A DNA stretch of 38,150 nt from Rudaea sp. GTDB taxonomy: Bacteria; Pseudomonadota; Gammaproteobacteria; Xanthomonadales; Rhodanobacteraceae. The notes below the pieces were generated by a model. The model did no database searches, was not told where the DNA came from, and worked only from the letters and a program-made list of their open reading frames with translations. The DNA lies in the NCBI GenBank assembly GCA_036271355.1, contig DATBAU010000143.1:1-38150 (forward strand). The letters are read 5' to 3'. Positions 10,081 to 17,100 of this stretch are shown here, piece after piece (the stretch's first letter is position 1; each line of letters starts with the position of its first letter). The position numbers and the translations under genes were made by a program.

Positions 10081-10941
10081 TCAATCGACAGCGATGACAA
10101 CTCGCGATTGTTCGGGCATGTGCACGAAACGCGTGGCGGCGACTTCATTGAAGAAGCGCGCCGAGCGCTCGATCACCTGATCGCGTTCCTGATCCACGGT
10201 GATCATGTGGTAGCTGTTTTCCAGCAGCACGGTTTCGACCGGTCCGCCGATGCCGCGCACGATCGTGCGTACGTTCTTCAGGCTGGCCACGTCATCGTCG
10301 ACGGCGTGCACGACGAGACTCGGCGTGCGGATGCTGCGCAACTGCTGGCGCACGCGAAACGAGAGGCGATAAAACTCCGCCAGCGACGGCCACGGGTTGC
10401 CGGGCAATCCCGCCGCGGCACTGTCGCCGCTGAGCATGCTGCCGGCGATGCGGTTGCGGATGCGTTCGTCCTTGATGCCGTACGGAAAGCATTCGTAGAA
10501 TTTTTTCTTGTGGCCGAAGCCGAGCGCGGTGACGAGCGGCAACAGGAACGACAGTTTGCCGAGCCACGGAATGGTCCAGCCGTCGTAGACGAACGTGGTG
10601 CCGTACAGGCCGAGGCCGTCGACTTCATCCGGACGATCGGCGGCGAGCTTCAGCGCGAGCAACGCGCCCATCGACAAGCCGGCGACGAACATGTGGTCCA
10701 CGTCCTTGCGCAGCCGGTCGGCGGCTTCGCAAACGCTGCGGTACCAGTCGTGCCAGCCGGTTTTGAGCAGATCGCCTTCGTCGCCGCAATGGCCGGCGAG
10801 CTGCATGGCATAGACGGTGAAACCGGCCTTGTTGAGCCCCTTGGCGACAAAGCGCATTTCGGTCGGGGTGCCGGTCAGGCCGTGAATCAGCAACACGCCG
10901 GATCTGCCGCCGGGCATGTAGTAATCGGTCGCTTTGATCAT
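10081..10941 (-). CDS. Alpha/beta hydrolase (Est30/YvaK-like carboxylesterase/lipase)
   Basis: LLIHGLTGTP oxyanion motif, GLSMG nucleophile elbow, DDVAS Asp, SYHMIT His. Confidence 0.9.
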   Translation of the reverse strand: MIKATDYYMPGGRSGVLLIHGLTGTPTEMRFVAKGLNKAGFTVYAMQLAGHCGDEGDLLKTGWHDWYRSVCEAADRLRKDVDHMFVAGLSMGALLALKLAADRPDEVDGLGLYGTTFVYDGWTIPWLGKLSFLLPLVTALGFGHKKKFYECFPYGIKDERIRNRIAGSMLSGDSAAAGLPGNPWPSLAEFYRLSFRVRQQLRSIRTPSLVVHAVDDDVASLKNVRTIVRGIGGPVETVLLENSYHMITVDQERDQVIERSARFFNEVAATRFVHMPEQSRVVIAVD

Positions 10942-10986
10942 CAGGGCAATAAAGAATGCTTAGCTTCCCGGTATTTTGCCCCAGGC

Positions 10987-11015
10987 ACGGTATGAATACC
11001 TAAAATTACGTTAAG
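10987..11015 (-). promoter_or_regulatory. Candidate PmrA/BasR-like direct-repeat box with downstream -10-like hexamer
   Basis: Minus strand reads CTTAAC-GTAAT-TTTAGG-TATTCA-TACCGT in an AT-rich gap upstream of the esterase; imperfect match to YTTAAK-N5-YTTAAK. Confidence 0.35.
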
Positions 11016-11024
11016 GAACGTTGC

Positions 11025-11366
11025 TCAAGGCGCGCAAATGAGGGCCACGCCGAGCGCGATGGCGGCGGTTGCGATCCAGCGGCGCGTCGAGATGTGCTCG
11101 TGCAGGATGAACCGGCTGGCCACCACGACGCCGCAATACGACAGCGCCATGAAGGGATAGGCGAAGCTCAGCGGCGTCATGCTCAACACCGCGAACCAGA
11201 TCGTGAATTCCACGACATAGATGAGCACGCCGGCCACGATCCAGCGCGAGCCGAGCGCGGCGAGCAATCCCGACGATTCGCGCGTGTCGTCGACGCCGAG
11301 CTTGAAGCAGGTTTGGCCGGCGACGTCGCACGCCACGGTGCCGAGCAGCAGCGCGAACATCAACAT
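11025..11366 (-). CDS. EamA/SMR-like small membrane transporter (ArnE/ArnF-like)
   Basis: MLMFALLLGTVACDVAGQTCFK...PLSFAYPFMALSY...ILHEHIS; 113 aa; start overlaps the stop of the arginase-like gene; it is the C-terminal part of track ORF 11025..12206. Confidence 0.85.
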   Translation of the reverse strand: MLMFALLLGTVACDVAGQTCFKLGVDDTRESSGLLAALGSRWIVAGVLIYVVEFTIWFAVLSMTPLSFAYPFMALSYCGVVVASRFILHEHISTRRWIATAAIALGVALICAP

Positions 11367-12277
11367 GGGTGCGACGCCTTTTCGATCGCCGCGAGCAAGG
11401 CGATATTGACGCGCTCGTTCTGCGCTAGAAATTCGGTATTGCTCGGACGCCGCGGCTGATCCATCCGCGATTCCCATCGCTTGAGCAGATTCGCGTGCTC
11501 GATCGACGAAAATTCGCCGCAGATATCCGCGCCCACGATGCGCTTGTGCGCGCCGATCACGCCGATCGCACTCAGTACCTGCGCCAGCGGCATCTGTCCT
11601 TGATCCCAATTCGTCAGCGCTTCGGATTCGGGCAACACGTCCTTGTCGATACTGAACCAGATGGCGTCGGTGCGGATCAGCGAAGGAATGCTTGCGAGAA
11701 TTCCGTCGAAATCGTCGGCGAGATTGCGCCAGATCACGAAGCCTTCGTCGTAACGATGTCCCGCTCCGTCGGGGATCGGGTGATAAAGACGCGACGGCGC
11801 GTGCTTCCACGGAAACAGCACGAGTTTCCCCGACGCGAGCGCGGGAATGTTGCCGCCTTTCAATCCGGGCTTGACCAGATCGTCGCTGCACGGCCCGAGT
11901 GTGATCATACGATCGACGTGCGGCAACGACAGCGCACAATTCACCCACGATCCGCAATGCCAGCGCGGCGCGACACGCACCCAGTCGGGATGGTTGTCGA
12001 AGTGGATGATCGTGATCGGTTCGCGCGCTTGTTCCATCAGCAACGCGGCGAGATGATGGAAATCGCCGGAGCCGAGCATGTGAATCGTCGGTTCCGCGTC
12101 GGTCTCGCGAAGGCGCTCGCGCGCGGCGCGCACGGTGCGATCGCGACTCCACAGTCGCAGGCGCGGGCCGAGGTCGCGCAGATCGGTCGACGTCACCGAA
12201 CTCCACGGCGCGGCCGCGCGCAATGCAGGCAGTTGTGGCGGAAGGGAGCCGTCGAGATCGAGAAGCGTGAGGCGCAT
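11360..12277 (-). CDS. Arginase/ureohydrolase-fold metallohydrolase
   Basis: GSGDFHH, HFDNHPD, FSIDKDVL, TNWDQG, GADICGE match the ureohydrolase metal-ligand pattern. Confidence 0.82.
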   Translation of the reverse strand: MRLTLLDLDGSLPPQLPALRAAAPWSSVTSTDLRDLGPRLRLWSRDRTVRAARERLRETDAEPTIHMLGSGDFHHLAALLMEQAREPITIIHFDNHPDWVRVAPRWHCGSWVNCALSLPHVDRMITLGPCSDDLVKPGLKGGNIPALASGKLVLFPWKHAPSRLYHPIPDGAGHRYDEGFVIWRNLADDFDGILASIPSLIRTDAIWFSIDKDVLPESEALTNWDQGQMPLAQVLSAIGVIGAHKRIVGADICGEFSSIEHANLLKRWESRMDQPRRPSNTEFLAQNERVNIALLAAIEKASHPC

Positions 12278-12344
12278 CCGCGCGATGATAGACAAAAGCG
12301 CGCGGCGTGCGGTTTTTCAGGCTCCGTCTTTACAGAACCCGTGC

Positions 12345-12830
12345 TCAGGCGAATCGAGCGAACTTCCGCAACGCGAGCGCGATGGTCGGACCGATCACCA
12401 GCACGTGCATCGCAAAATCCGCCCACATGCCGACCACGGACGGCTTCGTCGGCGGCACGTTCGACAGCGGCAACACGACCAGATGCATGAACGCGTAGAT
12501 ACACACGCCATAGATCGCACCGCATAGAAGCGCGTTGTTGCGCATCCAGCGCACGCGCGTGAGCGCAACGAAATACAACGCCGCGGCGACAAGTAGGATT
12601 CCGTAATGCGAAACGAAGCCCAATGCGGCCGACGCCGCGCCGCCGTCGAAGGACGCGCGGCCGAGCCATCCGGACGCGATGAACTGCATCACGCGTTCGG
12701 GCGACACGCCGGACCGCAGTCCGTTGAACGTGCACGCGAAGATCATGTCGAACGACGCCGCGATCACGCCCGCGAGCAGGATCGCCAGCGCGTTGCGCGA
12801 TGCGGATGACGATTGCGTCATCGCGCTCAT
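12345..12830 (-). CDS. Hypothetical four-TM membrane protein
   Basis: Hydrophobic helices, QFIASGWLG...GFVSHY...FMHLVVLPLS; ATGA overlap with the upstream gene. Confidence 0.7.
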   Translation of the reverse strand: MSAMTQSSSASRNALAILLAGVIAASFDMIFACTFNGLRSGVSPERVMQFIASGWLGRASFDGGAASAALGFVSHYGILLVAAALYFVALTRVRWMRNNALLCGAIYGVCIYAFMHLVVLPLSNVPPTKPSVVGMWADFAMHVLVIGPTIALALRKFARFA

Positions 12831-13552
12831 TGCGCGGTCATCGCGCATTGATTGAGCGGAAGCCGAACGACCTGCGACACGTGTCCGCTCGCTTCATCCT
12901 GCACGAACGCGACGACGCTGCTCTTCGACAGATCGGTTCCGCGCGGAACGTTCAGATCGGTTTGCACATCGGTTTTATCGAACGGACCGTCGAACGCGCG
13001 CACGACCTGATCGTGCGCGAGTTGCCGTCCTTTGTTTTCGCCGGCGCGAACCGACGTGCTTAAACCATTTTCAGTCAGCGCGACGAAGATTTTCTGTCCG
13101 CCGAGATCGCCTGCGACGATGTGCGTTTTGACTTTGTTGCCGGGCACGGCATCGATCGTGAGCGTCGGTGCGGCGGTCGCGGCCGCGCTCGGCGGATCGC
13201 CTCCCGGCCAGTTGTGCCAGAGTTCGCCGTCGACCCACACCTGCGGCGTGTAGAACTGGCCTTTGTTGAAACGGCGCGAGAGTTTTTCCTGCCGCTGCGT
13301 GTACGACTTGCTGTCGAATGGATCGCGCCAGCCGCCGTTGTCCCAGTAGTCGACGTGGAATTCGAGGCCGACCTCGTCGGGTTTATCGACAAGCTTGCTC
13401 ATCCACTTTTCCGCCGGCGGGCACGAGCTGCATCCCTCGCTCGTGTAAAGCTCGACGAGATGCGGCCGATCCGCGCCGCTTTGCGCGGTGCACGCGGCGT
13501 GCGCGGGCAATGTGGCGAGCATGGTCAGCGCGGTAATGGCGATCTTGTGCAT
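12827..13552 (-). CDS. DUF1223 secreted thioredoxin-like protein
   Basis: Signal peptide, VELYTSEGCSSCPPA, FHVDYWD..GWRDPF, YTPQ, V.AGENKG; GGGAGG RBS. Confidence 0.9.
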   Translation of the reverse strand: MHKIAITALTMLATLPAHAACTAQSGADRPHLVELYTSEGCSSCPPAEKWMSKLVDKPDEVGLEFHVDYWDNGGWRDPFDSKSYTQRQEKLSRRFNKGQFYTPQVWVDGELWHNWPGGDPPSAAATAAPTLTIDAVPGNKVKTHIVAGDLGGQKIFVALTENGLSTSVRAGENKGRQLAHDQVVRAFDGPFDKTDVQTDLNVPRGTDLSKSSVVAFVQDEASGHVSQVVRLPLNQCAMTAQ

Positions 13553-13625
13553 GGAAATTCCTCCCGACGGGTCGCACAACATGTCCGGACGACGAGGGTC
13601 GAGCGATCGTCGCATGACTGATGAC

Positions 13626-13946
13626 CTAGCGGAAATTGCGCAGCTCGATCGCGTTTTCCACGCCCATCACGCCGCGCGTCTCGCGCGCGATGTCCTCAAC
13701 CAGCCGGCGCTGCGGGTCGGTGTCGACCATGCCGTGCAGATACACGACGCCGTTGATGCTCTGCACATCGATGGTCCAGTCCGTCAATTCGTCGTGGCGA
13801 TCGATTTCGGCCTTGATGTTCGCGGTGATTTCCGCGTCGCTCACGCAACCGATGCCCGAGCAGGGCTTCGACGGTTCTTCCATGCAGCCGCCCGCGAAGA
13901 CGCCGAAGGCGAGGGTCAGTGCCGCGCAAAACGTCCAACTCTTCAT
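13626..13946 (-). CDS. BON domain lipoprotein
   Basis: Lipobox-like FAGGC; SDAEITANIK...IDVQSINGVVYLHG...GVMGVENAI. Confidence 0.88.
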   Translation of the reverse strand: MKSWTFCAALTLAFGVFAGGCMEEPSKPCSGIGCVSDAEITANIKAEIDRHDELTDWTIDVQSINGVVYLHGMVDTDPQRRLVEDIARETRGVMGVENAIELRNFR

Positions 13947-14056
13947 TACATTTCTCCGTGGTTCCGGCTCAACTATATCGCGCGCGAGTGAATACGGCGT
14001 TTCAACGTGCGATGCAGGATTTACCTTATTGGCAGGCTGAAGTCATTTGCCTATGA

Positions 14057-14098
14057 TCTGTAGCTACAGACGTCTATTTTTCGACGACGTCTTTTTCG
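14057..14098. promoter_or_regulatory. Perfect 14-bp palindrome plus direct repeats; candidate operator
   Basis: TCTGTAGCTACAGA (14057-14070), then GACGTC(TA)TTTTTCG twice (14069-14083, 14086-14098), between divergent BON and adhesin genes. Confidence 0.4.
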
Positions 14099-14118
14099 GT
14101 CGACCAATTTAGGGGTGG

Positions 14119-17100
14119 GTGATGGTTGGGAAGTTGCGTGCGCGTGCGTGCAGGATCGTTGTGGCGTTCAAGAATGCACGCTTCGATCGAATGATGTCGC
14201 GAAGTTTCGCGTTGATCGGTTTGCTGATGGTTGCGCATGCGGCATCCGCGCAACAGGTCCAGGTCAATAAATCATTCAACCCGGCCAGCGTCACGCTGGG
14301 CGCGACATCGGTCGTCACCGTGACGTTGCAAAACACGTCGACGACATCGGCAGCGACCATCTCCGGTTTCACCGACGACATCGCCTCGATGGGTGGCTCC
14401 GCGCAGTTGCTCGGCACACCGACGCCGACCACGACATGCACCGGCGGCACGCCGACTGTCAGCGGCACGGCGATCGTGATGAGCAACGGCGTCATTCCGA
14501 TCGCGCCGAATGCGTCCACGCCGGGCTCGTGCACGATTACCTTCAGCGTGCGCACGCTCAAGACCGGCAACGGCTTCAACACGATTCGCGCCAGCGACGT
14601 GGTCACATCGAACGGCTCGCCAAGTTCGGACGTGACGCAAACGCTCACCGTTCAAGCCGCGAACATCACGACGGCATCGGGACCGGTGCAGACCGTCCTG
14701 ACCGGGGACACGGCGACCGTCACGTACACGCTGACGAACACGACACCGGTGACCTTGACCAACGTGACGTTTCCGATCACGTCGAATGCGACGTCGGCTT
14801 ACACGGTCTCGGGAACCGGTGTGGGCGCCACCTGCGGCGGAACGGCTACGTTGCCGGCACCGGGTGGCACGACCGGCACGACGACGTTCTCCGGCATCAC
14901 GATTCCGGCAAGCGGCGCGTGCACGGTGACGTTGCAGGTGACGACGCCGACCGTCGAAACGGTGAACTTCACGCTCGTCGCCAACGCCATCGCCGACGAT
15001 CAGGGCGCGACGAATTCCACCGGAACGTCGGGACAGGCCAAGTTCGTCAACGGACAACCGAACGTCTCCAAAGCATTCAATCCCACCTCGGTGCAGCCGG
15101 GCAGCACATCGACGGTGACACTGAAAATCCAGAACGTGCTGACCGATCAGGCGCTCAACGCGCTGGCCGATTCCGATCCGTTGCCCGCAGGATTTATCGT
15201 CGATGCAGCCGCGCCGACACAAACCGGCTGCGGCGGTGCGACGTTGGGTGGCGCAGGAACGGGAACGTTTACGATTTCCGGCGCGACCATCGCCGTTGGC
15301 GCAACGTGCACGATCACGTTCGTGGTCGACATACCGCTCGCTCAGGCACCCGCCACCTACACGAACACGGTTCCGAAAGGTAATTTGACGGCGACCAGCG
15401 ATACCGGCGCCGCGATCCCGGGCGCCGCGCAAAATGCGACTGCAAATCTCATCGTCACCGCTCCCGGCGGCGGTGTCGCCGCGACCAAGGCGGCCGCGCC
15501 GACATCGGCCGGCATCAACACGCCGATTTTGATCACGCTCACATTCGCGAGTCAGGGCAACGCTGCGTTCACTGCCGGACAGTTCACCGACGCGCTGCCG
15601 CAGACGCCAGTCGTGATGGAACAATTTTTCGACGGAGCCGCGCACGCACCGACGACGACCGGATGCGGTGGCGCGGCGATGATAAGTGCCGTGGACGGCG
15701 CGACCAGCGTCACGGGGTCCGGTCTCACCATCGCGGCGGGTGGAAGCTGCGTGGTCAAGTTCTACGTCTTCTTCCCGAACGTGACCGGCCCGAGTCGTGT
15801 CGACGCGAACACGTTGACCGGCATCAGCTTTACCAACAGCCTCAACAATCCGGTGACACCGACCTCGAACAGCGTGAACATCACCGAGCTGCCGACGTTC
15901 ACCGTCACCAATTACGTCGCATCCGCAAGCGGCCTGACCAATCAGCCGCTGACGGTATCCGCGACCGTCAACGTGCCGACCGGACAGAGCGATACGAACG
16001 CGTCGATCACGATTCCACTTAATTCCGTCACGCCCGCCAGCGTTGAGTTGGCGCCGACGCCGAATTTCACGTTCGCCAATTGTCCTGCCGGCGTCGACGC
16101 GACATCCGTCACGCCGGCCGCGAACGGCCAATCGTTCAGCGTCGTACTCGGCACCATCAACCAGACGTGCACCATCGGTTATGACGTGATCGATATCGGC
16201 AGTGTCGCGGGCACATTCACGCCGGGAAATCCGAGTTACAAGGGTGATCTGACCGGCCAGACGTCGGTGTCTTTCACCGGCACGAACAACGTCACGTTCA
16301 CGGCGCCGGTACCGATCGGCGTCAGCAAGTCGTTCACGCCGAACCAGATCCAGGCGGGTGGCGTGGCCACCGCGAAGATCGCGCTCGTCGTCCCGCGCGC
16401 GGGAACGCTGGCCGTGACGGAAGCCGAAGGTGTCGCGTTCACGGACAACCTGCCGACGAACCTCGTGTTCTCGCCGACGCCGAACGTCACGTTCACCGGC
16501 TGTCAGCAAACGGCGCAGCCTGCACCGAGCTTCGTGATCACGGGGACATCGATTGCGTTCTCCAATATTTCGCTGATTACCAACGGCACCACGCAGACGA
16601 CGTGCATCGTCGCCTTCGACGTGACATCGAACGCCGTCGGCGCGCCGCTCAACCAGATTCCCGCGGGTGCGGTGACTTCAACCGCCGGCGCAGGCGCGAC
16701 CAACACGCAGACCGCGAAAGCGTCGCTCACCGTGGCCGCTGGCCTCGGTGTGCAGAAGACGTTCGTCAACGCGAGCTTCCCAATCGGCGGCACCGACTAC
16801 ATTCGACTGCTCGTCACCAACACGGCGACGCCGTCGCCACTGACCGGCGGTTCGCTCGCGGACAACATGCCGACGAGTCTCGTGCTGGCCAGTCTCACGG
16901 AAGGTCCGTCGCAAGCGGGCGATCCGCCGTTGTGCGGCGGATCAATCAGTGGCTCGTTGGGTTCGAGCAACTACGTGCTCAACGGATTGAGCATCGGCGG
17001 ATATATCGGCGGTGTGGCCGGCCAGTGCGTGGTCTATGTCCTCGTCACGTCCTCGCCGACGGCGGTACCTGCGACGGTAGCGAACACCATCGCTTCCGGC

